64,000 nt of DNA from an uncultured Clostridia bacterium (GCA_944381185.1 CALWKE010000002.1:130050-194049), one strand, 5' to 3'. Counted from the first letter of the stretch, positions 1 to 10,408 are shown. Numbers and translations: made by a program. Notes: generated from the sequence alone by a model not told the origin.

Positions 1-264
1 CCGGGTGGTTCGTATAACTCAAACACCATAAAAGCGGCAACAGACCTTGGCTATAAAACAATAATGTGGACAAGAGATACCATTGATTGGCGTGATCATG
101 ACACGAATTTAATTTATAATAGAGCAGTTTCAAATATGCAGGGTGGCGACTTAATTTTGATGCATCCAACAAAAAATACAGTTGAGGCACTTGAAATGAT
201 AATTGAATATGCTAAAAGTAAAAATTTTAACCTTACGACAGTAAGTAAAACTCTTGGACTATAA
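1..264 (+). CDS. polysaccharide deacetylase (NodB family), C-terminal fragment; 5-prime end lies outside the window
   Basis: Frame 1 is open from base 1 (PGGSYNSNTIKAATDLGYKTIMWTRDTIDWRD...), so ORF 64..264 extends to the window edge. The tail resembles the C-terminus of the paralog at 30112..30876 (DWxx, LILMHP vs IILCHN). Confidence 0.7.
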   Translation, partial: PGGSYNSNTIKAATDLGYKTIMWTRDTIDWRDHDTNLIYNRAVSNMQGGDLILMHPTKNTVEALEMIIEYAKSKNFNLTTVSKTLGL

Positions 265-322
265 AAGTATCACAACTATCTAAAAATGTTAAAAAATTAT
301 ATAAAAGTTTGAAAAATATGCA

Positions 323-349
323 AAATCCGTTTTTAATACGGATTTTTTT
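323..349 (+). terminator. intrinsic terminator
   Basis: 8-bp stem AAATCCGT/ACGGATTT with a 7-nt loop, followed by a T-run. Confidence 0.75.
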
Positions 350-390
350 GTTATATAATAGTTGTGTAAAAATATTGTTTGGAGAAGAAT

Positions 391-1656
391 ATGGCACTCA
401 ACACATTTTCTAATGGATTAAGACTTGTTTGCGTTAACCGCCCTGAAAAAAAAGTTGCATGCGTTGTGCTTCATATTGCAGGTGGCACACAATCTGAAAA
501 AAACTATCAAAGCGGTATTAGTGATTACTTAACAAAAATTATGCTTATGGGAACTAAAAAGCATTCAACAAAAGAGGCTCTTATGAATTATGCAAAATCA
601 AAGGGTATAATTTTAACTCCCCATAATTCAAAAGAAAGCATAACAATAAGTGCTATTTGCCCAAGAGAAAATGTTGAAGATGCTATTGCACTTTTATCAG
701 AAATTGCGTTTGACACAAACTTTTCTTTAGAGAGTGGCGAAAAGGTTAGAAGGCAACTTTTGTCACAAGTTTCAATGCTTGCTGAAAATCCACAGTATGT
801 TATGGACAGGCTTATTAACTCAACTCTTTATTTCAGAACGGGGCTTGCAAATCCGAAGTCAGGAACAAATATAACAGTTTCAAGGTTCAGAGCACTTGAT
901 GCTAAAGACTATCTTGAAAAAGTTTTCACACCAAGAAACACAATTATTTCAGTTGTTGGCGATGTTGTTCAAGATAATATTTATGATTTGGTAAAAGTTT
1001 ATTTCTTTGACCGCATGAAAGCTTCTGAAACAGAATATAAAAAACTTAAATATGTTTCTGCTATTGAAGATTTTGTTGGCTCGGCAAAGGGTAGAGTTAA
1101 AAGGCTCAATCAAACCCGAATTTCAGTGGTTTTTCCAACAGTTTCTTTTAAAGATAAAGAAAAATATATCATTGAAATAATTAAACCAATACTAATCAAA
1201 TACATAAAATTATCGTTATCAAATCAGAACTATTATTTTGACACAAAGATTAAAACAAAATATTATGCAAATAATGGAAATATACTCTTTGAACTTATTG
1301 TTGACTATGATTATGCTGAAGAGCACTTATACAATTTTATCACAGCTCTTAAAAATGATGTTAAAGACCGAACAATAACAAGTGAAGAATTTGAAACTGA
1401 AAAAAGAGTTTTTATCACAAACTTTATAAATACTTATGACAATGTGCTTGAAAATGCACTTATGTCTGCAAAACAAGTGGCACTCACAAAACAAACATTT
1501 AGTGAAAATTCTGAAAGATTAAAAATGGAAGTTTTAACCAATCGTGATGCCAACAAACTTATTGATAAAATTTTTGATTTTAATAAGATGCTTATTGTAT
1601 ACTTGGGGCATGATATTGATGTTGATTATGATGATTTGCTTGAACAGGTAAAATAG
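391..1656 (+). CDS. M16 (insulinase/pitrilysin) family peptidase-like protein, predicted non-catalytic
   Basis: About 421 aa with M16 length and N-terminal pattern. The position of the HxxEH zinc motif reads SDYLTK. GGAG at 381 favours ATG 391 over the TTG at 379. Confidence 0.65.
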   Translation: MALNTFSNGLRLVCVNRPEKKVACVVLHIAGGTQSEKNYQSGISDYLTKIMLMGTKKHSTKEALMNYAKSKGIILTPHNSKESITISAICPRENVEDAIALLSEIAFDTNFSLESGEKVRRQLLSQVSMLAENPQYVMDRLINSTLYFRTGLANPKSGTNITVSRFRALDAKDYLEKVFTPRNTIISVVGDVVQDNIYDLVKVYFFDRMKASETEYKKLKYVSAIEDFVGSAKGRVKRLNQTRISVVFPTVSFKDKEKYIIEIIKPILIKYIKLSLSNQNYYFDTKIKTKYYANNGNILFELIVDYDYAEEHLYNFITALKNDVKDRTITSEEFETEKRVFITNFINTYDNVLENALMSAKQVALTKQTFSENSERLKMEVLTNRDANKLIDKIFDFNKMLIVYLGHDIDVDYDDLLEQVK

Positions 1657-1665
1657 GGGTGAATT

Positions 1666-4600
1666 TTGGAAACTAAAACAACTAGTGTGCAAATGACAAG
1701 AAAAAAAATTATAGGACTTATTGGTCTTATAATTTTTGCTATGATTTTTATTTTTGCATGTCTATCAAGTGTTCTTCCTTTTGGCAGAATGTTAGTTGGC
1801 GTTTTTGGTGTGATGGTCTATCCATTTTCACTGATTTTTGCCTTCTTGTCTTTGGCTGCCTTTTTAGGTTTTTCATATCGCAGAAATGCAAAGGCAACAA
1901 CATATTTTGTTATTGCAATTTTAAGTGTGATACTAGTTATTCATTCAATTTCGACCTTTAAGGAACTTGATGCAGTTGTAACCACTCAAACACTTAAAAA
2001 TTATTTAAATTATGCGTTCACATCTTCAACAGTTTTAGGTGCAGTTGGTTCAACAATTTGTGGGCTCATTTCAATGCTTTTAGGTGGAATGGGAACAATT
2101 GTCGTGTTTGTTATTTTAACAACTCTTTTTGTAGGGCTTTTTATTGATTGGCAACTTTATGGCAAATATGAGGCACCACATATAAAGAAATTAAAATCTA
2201 AAAAGCTTCGAGAAAAAGTTTATAATAGTGATAAAAATGTTTCAACAAATGGAATGCCTGCTTATTCATTTTCAAACGAAGCAGTTGATGAAACTTCGGT
2301 TGATGCAACAGAATATGAAATGAACACACAAACTGAAAGTTATAGTGGGGCAAAATATACAGATGACGATGTTGTTGACGAAATAACTGATGATTATATT
2401 TCAGAAAATAATTCAAATTCAACAACCAGCAATTATTTTGCAGGTTCGTTTAGTTCATATCAAAGTGCAAATTCAACTAACTTTGATGAACCTCAAGAAA
2501 AGAACGAATTTTCTAATAATATTTATGAAGAAACAAGATATCCAGATGTTTATACCCCTGAACTTGACGAACATAGGCGTCAGTTTATGAATGCAACATT
2601 CGGAAAAACTGAAGAAAATAATGAAAATTTAGAGCAAGATTTTCAAACTGAAAATCAAACAAGTTCATTTAATCCATCAATTGATGATGACTCTACAAAT
2701 TTTGTTAATATGCCGGGTGAGTCTTTTGAAAGCATAAATTTGGGTGAGAATCAAAATCAAACCGCTGAAAATATTTCTAGTTATGAAAGCAAAGAAAATT
2801 CTTCAATAAATTCAAATTTAGATGATGAGATTTCAAAAATTTTGAGTTCAAACGAAGAAGATGATGAACTTGAAGTTAAAAATGATGTTTTTGAAAATCA
2901 ACCAAATCAAACATCAAAAGACAATGTAGTTCAGAGTCAAATCAAAAATGAAAATTATAATAACATAACTAAAAATTATAGTGATACAACTTCTTATTCA
3001 GGCGGTTATGACAATTTTGATGATTCAAGAAATAAAGGTTTTGCAGATAGTGGGTTTAAAACTAATAACTTGCAAGATAATTTTTCTAATCAAAAAGAAG
3101 AACAAAGAGTTAATAATTTTAATCAAATGCCAAGGCAAAACGGGTTTAATCAAAATGGTTATAGTGGATTTGCATCAGGGTTTAACAGTCAGCAAAACAC
3201 ACCATTTCAATCGCCTTATAATAATGGATTTAATCAAACAAATAATATTAATTCAGGGTTTGCACAAAATTTAAATTCTAATAGCAGTCAAAATTCAAAT
3301 GTTAACACAAACAAACAAAGTGTTGTTGTTCCTTCAAAACCACCTAAAAATAATTATGGCATGAATATTGGAATGACAGGGTTAAGATATAATCCGCCAC
3401 CATTAAGTTTGCTTCGAACACCAAAAGCGGATACGGGGGACTACACCGAAGAACAGAATAGAAAATCTGCAAAACTTGAAAATGTTCTTGCAGCATTCAA
3501 TATTCCAGCAAAGGTAAAAAATATCGTTCGTGGACCAAAGATAACAAGATATGAACTTGCACTTCCACTGGGCGTTTCTGTTAAAAAAGTGCCAATGTTT
3601 GAAGATGATATTGCAGCTGCACTTGCTGCAAAAACAATTGTTATAAAAGCCCCAATTCCGGGCAGTCAGTTTGTTGGCATTGAACTTGAAAATGACACAT
3701 TTACAAGCGTTTATGAACGAGAACTTTTAGAGTCTGATGCTTTTCAAAATTTCAAAGACCCACTTCCAATTGCAATCGGCAAAGATATTTCAGGCGAGAT
3801 TGTTGTTAAATCACTTGCAAAAATGGTGCATTTGCTTATTGCAGGTTCAACTGGTTCAGGTAAATCAGTGTTTATTCACAACATAGTTTTAAGTTTAATT
3901 TATAAATCAAGTCCAGATGATTTAAGGCTTATAATGATTGACCCTAAAAAAGTTGAATTTAACAGATATAATGGGCTTCCACACCTTTTGACTCCTGAAG
4001 TTGTTATGGGTTCTGATAAGGCAATAAACGCACTCAAGTGGTCAGTTAAAGAAATGGAAAGGCGTTATGACCTTATGTCTAAAGCAGGTTACAATAACAT
4101 AGAGCCATACAACAAAAGTGAACTTGTTAAAGCAGGTCAATTTGAAAAATTTCCTTATATTGTTATTATTGTTGACGAACTTGCCGAAATTATGATGGTT
4201 AATAAAAAAGAAGTTGAAGCATGCATTCAAAGGCTCACACAACTTGCTCGTGCCTGCGGTATGCATTTGGTGCTTGCAACTCAAAGACCTTCAGTTGATA
4301 TAATTTCAGGTGTTATTAAAAACAATATTCCATCAAGAATTGCATTTAGTTTGCAATCAGGTATCGACTCAAAAACCATTTTAAATGCAGTTGGTGCTGA
4401 AAAATTGCTTGGTCAAGGTGATATGATTTTTGCTCCAACAGGCACATCTTCAACACCAAGACTTCAAGCAGCATACGCAAGTGATGAAGAGATTAAGGCA
4501 GTTATTGATTATGACATTAAATATAACAAGGCAAATTATGATGAAACCGTTAACGAGATAATAAATTCTGAACAAACATCTGCTGATGATGCATCAGGTT

Positions 4601-4863
4601 CAGGTGGTGGAGATGCCATTCCTGTTCGTGATTTAGATGGATATTTTAAACAGGCGGTTAAACTTGTTATGCAAAATGACGGGGCATCTGTTTCGTATCT
4701 TCAAAGGCGTCTTTCAATAGGTTACGCAAGGGCAGCAAGAATAATTGACCAAATGGAAGATAAAGGGTATATTGCACCTGCCACAGGCTCAAAGGTTAGA
4801 AAGGTTTTAATCACTCCTGAAATGTTTAAAGAAGAATTTGGTGAAGATTTTGATAGTATTTAA
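1666..4863 (+). CDS. ftsK: DNA translocase, FtsK/SpoIIIE family
   Basis: 1065 aa. N-terminal TM helices, then a roughly 400-aa N/Q/S/D-rich linker. Motor domain has Walker A GSTGSGKS, Walker B IVIIVDELA and ATQRPS. C-terminal gamma winged helix (SYLQRRLSIGYARAARIIDQME). TTG start preceded by AGGGG. Confidence 0.92.
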   Translation: METKTTSVQMTRKKIIGLIGLIIFAMIFIFACLSSVLPFGRMLVGVFGVMVYPFSLIFAFLSLAAFLGFSYRRNAKATTYFVIAILSVILVIHSISTFKELDAVVTTQTLKNYLNYAFTSSTVLGAVGSTICGLISMLLGGMGTIVVFVILTTLFVGLFIDWQLYGKYEAPHIKKLKSKKLREKVYNSDKNVSTNGMPAYSFSNEAVDETSVDATEYEMNTQTESYSGAKYTDDDVVDEITDDYISENNSNSTTSNYFAGSFSSYQSANSTNFDEPQEKNEFSNNIYEETRYPDVYTPELDEHRRQFMNATFGKTEENNENLEQDFQTENQTSSFNPSIDDDSTNFVNMPGESFESINLGENQNQTAENISSYESKENSSINSNLDDEISKILSSNEEDDELEVKNDVFENQPNQTSKDNVVQSQIKNENYNNITKNYSDTTSYSGGYDNFDDSRNKGFADSGFKTNNLQDNFSNQKEEQRVNNFNQMPRQNGFNQNGYSGFASGFNSQQNTPFQSPYNNGFNQTNNINSGFAQNLNSNSSQNSNVNTNKQSVVVPSKPPKNNYGMNIGMTGLRYNPPPLSLLRTPKADTGDYTEEQNRKSAKLENVLAAFNIPAKVKNIVRGPKITRYELALPLGVSVKKVPMFEDDIAAALAAKTIVIKAPIPGSQFVGIELENDTFTSVYERELLESDAFQNFKDPLPIAIGKDISGEIVVKSLAKMVHLLIAGSTGSGKSVFIHNIVLSLIYKSSPDDLRLIMIDPKKVEFNRYNGLPHLLTPEVVMGSDKAINALKWSVKEMERRYDLMSKAGYNNIEPYNKSELVKAGQFEKFPYIVIIVDELAEIMMVNKKEVEACIQRLTQLARACGMHLVLATQRPSVDIISGVIKNNIPSRIAFSLQSGIDSKTILNAVGAEKLLGQGDMIFAPTGTSSTPRLQAAYASDEEIKAVIDYDIKYNKANYDETVNEIINSEQTSADDASGSGGGDAIPVRDLDGYFKQAVKLVMQNDGASVSYLQRRLSIGYARAARIIDQMEDKGYIAPATGSKVRKVLITPEMFKEEFGEDFDSI

Positions 4864-4886
4864 AAATAATTTGTGAGGTAACAAAA

Positions 4887-7058
4887 TTGGATAAAAATGT
4901 TGGTTCTGTTGACCTTGAAGAGTTAAAAAGGGTTAGAGAAGAATTGAATCGTGAAAGGGGCATTGAGAATGACCCAAACATGTATTCAAACTATAATCCT
5001 GACAGAAATAAAGAAGATAATAAAAATGACAGTGCACTTGAAAGTAGTTCCATGGATAGTGAAGAAAAGTCAATGGAAAATTTTTCTAATCACGAAAATC
5101 AAGATAACACTAATGCTTCTGATTTTAATAATGAAACAGTTGATAATTTTAATAATTCTGAACCAATAAATTTTGAAAATTTTGAAGTCAATCAAAATCA
5201 ACAAATCGAGAGCAGTCAACCACAAGAAATTGAGAATAATTTTGAAAATAACAATAGTATTTCAGAATCAACAACAACTGAAATGAATACCCAAAACAAA
5301 GCAAACGAAGATGATGAAAAACCGGCAGAGAAAGATTTTTCTGTATATGATAATTTTGCTGCATTTGAAGTTAATGATGGCAAACCAGTAAGTTTTAATG
5401 AAGATAATGGTGAACTTATTGGTGATGAACCTGATTTGATGCTTAAAAAGAGTGATTATATTGATACTCATGATAGTGAAAATCAAAACGAACAAAGCAG
5501 TGAAAATTTGTTAAATGAAACTGAAACTCATGGTGAATTAACTGAAAAAAAACCAAAAGATTATCTTATTGAAGTTACACCAATAGAGTCAGAACAGTTA
5601 TCAAATCAAAACATTAATTTGAACAATAACATTGCAAGTAATAATGAAGATAAAGTTGAGTATGACTTCAGTGGTGGTGAAGATAATGATGACGAAGTTG
5701 AAACAATATCTGATGAAGAGTTTATGAAACTTTTAAATGGTGAAGATGTTGAAGGTCTTGATGATGAAAAAACTGATGAAGAGAAAAAAGAAAACATTGT
5801 AACAAAAAACTCTGACACACAAGCAAATAAAGTTGAAAATAATGAAATTCAATCAGATAATAAAACTGAAGGTTCAAATGAAGATAATCTTGATGAACTT
5901 TTAAAACAAGGCAAGTTGGGTGAACTTTTGATTGATAATCAAGAAAAAAATGATAATCAAGAAATTGAAAATGCCATTAGTGAAGATAAAGTTGAGTCAG
6001 AGGAAGTCAACCAAAATCAACCACAGATAACTGAAAATAACGAAGAAAATAAACCATTTACAACTGATAAAAATGAAGAAAATCAAGCAGAGCCAAACAC
6101 TTCATTTTTTAGAAGAAGAAAGCCTGATTATGAAAGCACTATAAATTATCGTGAAGTTAATCAAGCAAATTTTGAAAAACAAAACAAAGCATATGACTTG
6201 AATGACGATGAAGTAATTGAAAAAGAAGATGATGATTTTTATCACGAAATTGATTCATTTAACTTTATAGATGTTATTTCGGCGGACGAATTTAAAGATA
6301 ATGGAAATTTGACCTATATTTTAGGTAAAGATGAAGAAAATAAAACCATTTATTCAAATTTAAAAGATTCATTAAATTTTGTTATTTTCGGAAATAATAA
6401 AGAAGATATTTCAGCCGAACTAAATTCTGTTATAATTAGTTTGATGTTAAAAAATTCAGTTGATGATATAAATTTAATTATTTGTGATACTGATAAATCG
6501 AGCAAGTTTAGAGTTTATGATGGCAGTAATTATATGTTTTTTAACAGGGTTGCAAATTCAAACAGAGAAATTTTTGATGCTTTTTCAGAAATATCAATTG
6601 AAATAAACAGCAGATATGATAAATTTGCAAGTATGTCAGTTAAAAATCTTGATGACTATAACTTGAAAGTTGATGCAAATAACAAACTTCCATATTTATT
6701 AGTTATTTATAATAATTATTCTAATAATGAAAATGCCGAATTTTATGATGAAATAAATTCAAGTTTGTTTAGCATGTTAAAACTTGGCAGACTTGTTGGT
6801 GTTTATGTTATCTTGACATCAAATTCTAAAATTGACAATCCAAGTATTAATTATAATTTTCCAACAAGGCTAGCATTTAAACAAGAAACTGAAGATGAAT
6901 CAGTTTCAACTCTTGGTGTTAACAATGCGTCAAAAATTAAAGGTGAGAGCGAATTTATTTGGTTCTCTGTGCTTGAAAATATGTGTTTGCATTTAATAGC
7001 ACCAAGTTTAAGCGACAATGAAGTGAAAAATTTAATTCAAACAATTGAAAATAATTAA
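4887..7058 (+). CDS. FtsK-like protein with degenerate (non-catalytic) motor domain and acidic low-complexity N-terminus
   Basis: The last 250 aa or so are colinear with the FtsK motor domain next door. Walker A is GNNKEDIS, the Walker B region is LLVIYNNYS, and ATQRPS is LTSNSK. No TM helices and no gamma domain. TTG start with a GAGG SD 8 nt upstream. Confidence 0.75.
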   Translation: MDKNVGSVDLEELKRVREELNRERGIENDPNMYSNYNPDRNKEDNKNDSALESSSMDSEEKSMENFSNHENQDNTNASDFNNETVDNFNNSEPINFENFEVNQNQQIESSQPQEIENNFENNNSISESTTTEMNTQNKANEDDEKPAEKDFSVYDNFAAFEVNDGKPVSFNEDNGELIGDEPDLMLKKSDYIDTHDSENQNEQSSENLLNETETHGELTEKKPKDYLIEVTPIESEQLSNQNINLNNNIASNNEDKVEYDFSGGEDNDDEVETISDEEFMKLLNGEDVEGLDDEKTDEEKKENIVTKNSDTQANKVENNEIQSDNKTEGSNEDNLDELLKQGKLGELLIDNQEKNDNQEIENAISEDKVESEEVNQNQPQITENNEENKPFTTDKNEENQAEPNTSFFRRRKPDYESTINYREVNQANFEKQNKAYDLNDDEVIEKEDDDFYHEIDSFNFIDVISADEFKDNGNLTYILGKDEENKTIYSNLKDSLNFVIFGNNKEDISAELNSVIISLMLKNSVDDINLIICDTDKSSKFRVYDGSNYMFFNRVANSNREIFDAFSEISIEINSRYDKFASMSVKNLDDYNLKVDANNKLPYLLVIYNNYSNNENAEFYDEINSSLFSMLKLGRLVGVYVILTSNSKIDNPSINYNFPTRLAFKQETEDESVSTLGVNNASKIKGESEFIWFSVLENMCLHLIAPSLSDNEVKNLIQTIENN

Positions 7059-7077
7059 AGTTATTAAGGGGATTAAT

Positions 7078-8496
7078 ATGGTCCAAAAGAAAAAAGAAAT
7101 GGCGATAGAAACAACCAATGTTGATGTTTTGAATGTCAATAAAAAAAAGCATAAAACTATGCTTGTTGGTATGATTTCACTCGGTTGTGACAAAAATAGA
7201 GTTGACGCTGAAATCATGCTAACATATCTGCGAGATGCTGGTTATAAGTTTACCACTGATGCATCAAATGCAGACATTATAATAATAAACACTTGCGGAT
7301 TTATTAAAAGTGCCAGAAACGAATCTATGGAAGCCATTAACGAAATGAGTGAATATAGAAAAAATCCAAATGCAAGATGTCAAAGATTGATTGTCACAGG
7401 TTGCATGCCACAAAAGTGGTCTAGTGAAATGCGAGAAGAGTTTCCTGAAGTTGATATATTTTTAGGTATTGACCAGTATACAGACATAGTTAAAGTTATT
7501 GAAACTTCTTTTGATAAAAATAAAAAAATAGTCAAAATTGGTGGAAATTCAAACTTTATTCCTTATGTAAAAGACAGAATGGTTACAACTCCGCTTCACT
7601 ATGCGTACCTTCGAATTGCTGATGGTTGTGATAATTATTGCACATTTTGCACAATTCCTTATATTCGTGGAAGATATAGGTCAAGAAGTATTGAAGACAT
7701 TGTTGATGAGGCAAAAAGTTTGGTTGAAAATGGTGCAAAAGAACTGATTGTTGTTGCACAAGATGTTTCAAGATACGGCATTGATAAATCTGGCAAACCT
7801 GAACTTGTTAAACTTATAAAAGAACTTTCAAAAATTAATGGATTAAAGTGGATAAGACTTTTGTATTGTTATCCCGAAATGATTACTGATGAACTTTTAT
7901 CTGAAATGGTAACAAACCCAAAACTATGTAAATATATTGACTTGCCACTTCAACATATTTCAAACAATGTGCTAAAGAGAATGAATCGTCATACCTCTAA
8001 AGAAGATGTTGTTCGAATTGTTGAAAAACTTAAAAATTTGCCAGTGTTTGTTGCAATAAGAACAACATTTATGGCAGGCTTTCCGGGAGAGTCGGAAGAA
8101 GATTTTAAAGAACTTTGCGAATTTGTTGAAAAATATAAGCTTATGCATGTTGGATTCTTTGCTTATTCAAGGGAAGAAGGCACAGTTGCAGCGGGATATC
8201 CAGACCAAATAAGCGAAGAAGTTAAAAGGAAGAGAGTTTTAAAATTATTTAAAATTCAAAAAAAAGTTGTTGCTGAAAATAATAAAAAGTTTATAGGAAA
8301 AACTCTTGAAGTTTGCTATGAAGGTATTGATTATGATAAGCAACTATTCTTTGGCAGATGTCAATATCAGACGCCAGAGGCCGACACACTTGTTTATTTT
8401 AAATCAAAATATCCAGTTGAAGTTGGCAGATTTTATAAAGTAAAAATAACAAAATCAAGAGGTTATGACCTTCAAGGAGAAATTGAATATGAGTAA
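7078..8496 (+). CDS. rimO: ribosomal protein S12 methylthiotransferase RimO (radical SAM MTTase)
   Basis: MTTase N-domain (ISLGCDKNRVDAE), radical SAM CDNYCTFC, C-terminal TRAM-like region. Conserved rimO-pgsA-recA order. AAGGGG SD supports ATG 7078 rather than 7045. Confidence 0.85.
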   Translation: MVQKKKEMAIETTNVDVLNVNKKKHKTMLVGMISLGCDKNRVDAEIMLTYLRDAGYKFTTDASNADIIIINTCGFIKSARNESMEAINEMSEYRKNPNARCQRLIVTGCMPQKWSSEMREEFPEVDIFLGIDQYTDIVKVIETSFDKNKKIVKIGGNSNFIPYVKDRMVTTPLHYAYLRIADGCDNYCTFCTIPYIRGRYRSRSIEDIVDEAKSLVENGAKELIVVAQDVSRYGIDKSGKPELVKLIKELSKINGLKWIRLLYCYPEMITDELLSEMVTNPKLCKYIDLPLQHISNNVLKRMNRHTSKEDVVRIVEKLKNLPVFVAIRTTFMAGFPGESEEDFKELCEFVEKYKLMHVGFFAYSREEGTVAAGYPDQISEEVKRKRVLKLFKIQKKVVAENNKKFIGKTLEVCYEGIDYDKQLFFGRCQYQTPEADTLVYFKSKYPVEVGRFYKVKITKSRGYDLQGEIEYE

Positions 8497-9166
8497 AATT
8501 AAAATGAATGTTCCAAATATTTTAACAATGATAAGAATTTTTTGCACACCAATAATTGTTTTAATGTTTTTGCTTCCAATTCCAAATGGAATAGGCGTGT
8601 TTGTTGCACTTGGCATCTATATTTTTGGTTGCTTTACTGACCTAATTGATGGAAAAATTGCAAGAAAATATAATTTAATTACTGATTTTGGCAAGTTTAT
8701 GGACCAAATTGCAGATAAGTTTATCACAACAACTGCAATGATTTTGGTTTTGTTTTCAGGTGTAACTTACACTTGGCTTGCAGTTTTAATGCTTTTGGTT
8801 GTTGTTCTTCGTGACATATTAATCAGCGGAATCAGAATGGTTGCAGCAAACAAAAATTTTGTTATTGCAGCTGATATTTACGGAAAAGTTAAATCATTAT
8901 TTTTAGATGTTGCAAACATGGTTTTAATGCTTTATGTTGGACTTCGTGCAGTTTCTAATGCTGATTTTGTTGGCATTGTTAGATACATTGGTCTTGCAAT
9001 TATGATTGTTGGTGTTGTGCTTTCAATTATTTCTTGTGTTAATTACACCATGAAAGCTTCAAAAGTTATTGTTGGTGAAGCAAGTTTGAAAAACAATGAA
9101 GATGAAGAAAATGATAGATCAAACTCTAGTGAAAAAACTGAAGATGACAAAGAAAGTCAAAAGTAA
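8489..9166 (+). CDS. pgsA: CDP-diacylglycerol--glycerol-3-phosphate 3-phosphatidyltransferase
   Basis: CDP-alcohol phosphatidyltransferase motif DLIDGKIARKYN...DQIADK and multiple TM helices. GGAG SD before ATG 8489. Acidic C-terminal tail. Confidence 0.88.
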   Translation: MSKIKMNVPNILTMIRIFCTPIIVLMFLLPIPNGIGVFVALGIYIFGCFTDLIDGKIARKYNLITDFGKFMDQIADKFITTTAMILVLFSGVTYTWLAVLMLLVVVLRDILISGIRMVAANKNFVIAADIYGKVKSLFLDVANMVLMLYVGLRAVSNADFVGIVRYIGLAIMIVGVVLSIISCVNYTMKASKVIVGEASLKNNEDEENDRSNSSEKTEDDKESQK

Positions 9167-9266
9167 GATAATGAAAAAGAAATAAAATCAACAAAAAAAT
9201 AAAAATATCTAGCAAATTTAAAAAAACTAATGTATAATAGCGATAGAAAATTTAGAGGTGAAATTT

Positions 9267-10355
9267 ATGGCAGATAAAGAAAGCAAAGTGGTTAATAAGG
9301 CTGATAACAAAGCAGATAAGCAAAAAAATCTTGAACAGGCTATTGCTCAAATTGAAAAAGAGTTTGGAAAGGGAAGCATCATGCGTCTTGGAGAAGTTGA
9401 AACTGAAAAAGTTGATGTTATTCCAACTGGGTGCCTATCTCTTGATATAGCTCTTGGTGTTGGAGGTGTTCCAAGAGGCAGAATTATTGAAATTTATGGA
9501 CCTGAATCTTCAGGTAAAACAACGGTTTCTCTTCACATTGTTGCTCAAGCACAAAAACTTGGTGGAACAGCAGCTTTTATTGATGCAGAACATGCTCTTG
9601 ATCCAAACTATGCGGCAAGACTTGGTGTTGATATTAAAAATCTTTATGTTTCACAACCAGACAACGGTGAGCAGGGTCTTGAAATTGCTGAAAGTTTGGT
9701 TAGGTCAGGTTCGGTTGATATTATTGTTATTGACTCTGTTGCTGCACTCACACCAAAAGCTGAAATTGATGGTGAAATGGGTGATAACCATGTTGGTCTT
9801 CAAGCAAGGCTTATGAGCCAAGCTCTTCGAAAATTAGCAGGCATAACAAACAAAACAAAAACTTGTGTTATTTTCATTAACCAACTTCGTGAAAAGGTCG
9901 GAGTTCTATTTGGCAGTCCTGAAACAACTCCGGGCGGAAAGGCACTCAAATTTTATTCAAGTATTCGTCTTGATGTAAGAAAAGGTGAAATTTTAAAAGA
10001 TGGTGACAATTCAGTTGGTGCAAAAACCAAAGTTAAAGTTGTTAAAAATAAAGTAGCACCACCATTTAAGACTGCTGAATTTGATATAGTGTTTGGTATG
10101 GGTATATCACAGGAATCTTGCGTGCTTGACCTTGCAGTTAACAATGATATCATTCAAAAGAGTGGTGCATGGTTTAGTTATAATGGCGAAAAGATTGGGC
10201 AAGGTAGAGAAAATGTTAAGAAATATTTAATTGAGAATCCAGCAGTATGCGAAGAAATAACAAATAAAATAAAGGCAATATATCTTCCTAACGAAAATGC
10301 TGAAAATTCAAATGAAGCCGATAATTCAGCAAAAGATGAAGATGCTTCAAAATAG
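9267..10355 (+). CDS. recA: recombinase RecA
   Basis: Unambiguous RecA sequence (Walker [32 protein letters not shown]). GAGGTG SD supports ATG 9267. Confidence 0.97.
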   Translation: MADKESKVVNKADNKADKQKNLEQAIAQIEKEFGKGSIMRLGEVETEKVDVIPTGCLSLDIALGVGGVPRGRIIEIYGPESSGKTTVSLHIVAQAQKLGGTAAFIDAEHALDPNYAARLGVDIKNLYVSQPDNGEQGLEIAESLVRSGSVDIIVIDSVAALTPKAEIDGEMGDNHVGLQARLMSQALRKLAGITNKTKTCVIFINQLREKVGVLFGSPETTPGGKALKFYSSIRLDVRKGEILKDGDNSVGAKTKVKVVKNKVAPPFKTAEFDIVFGMGISQESCVLDLAVNNDIIQKSGAWFSYNGEKIGQGRENVKKYLIENPAVCEEITNKIKAIYLPNENAENSNEADNSAKDEDASK

Positions 10356-10382
10356 TTTAATTTTGTATAAAAAATCAAAAAA

Positions 10383-10408
10383 ACACAGAATTTTCTGTGT
10401 TTTTCTTT
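10383..10408 (+). terminator. intrinsic terminator after recA
   Basis: Stem ACACAGAA/TTCTGTGT followed by a T-run. Confidence 0.8.

Noticed and set aside
2198-3274. Alternate-frame ORFs inside the FtsK linker (2198..2425, 2390..2590, 2981..3274)
   Set aside because: They are by-products of low-complexity codon repeats within a continuous 1065-aa FtsK reading frame.
7045-7077. Longer N-terminal extensions offered by the ORF track (7045, 8465, 9258, 13106, 35820, 41765, 60219, 60494)
   Set aside because: In each case an internal ATG is preceded by a well-spaced GGAGG-type SD and matches the expected family N-terminus. The extensions overlap upstream genes or promoters.
9167-9266. SOS box upstream of recA
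   Set aside because: No GAAC-N4-GTTC or AAAC-N4-GTTT palindrome is present. Only a plausible TG-TATAAT -10 is visible, so recA regulation by LexA cannot be supported from this sequence.
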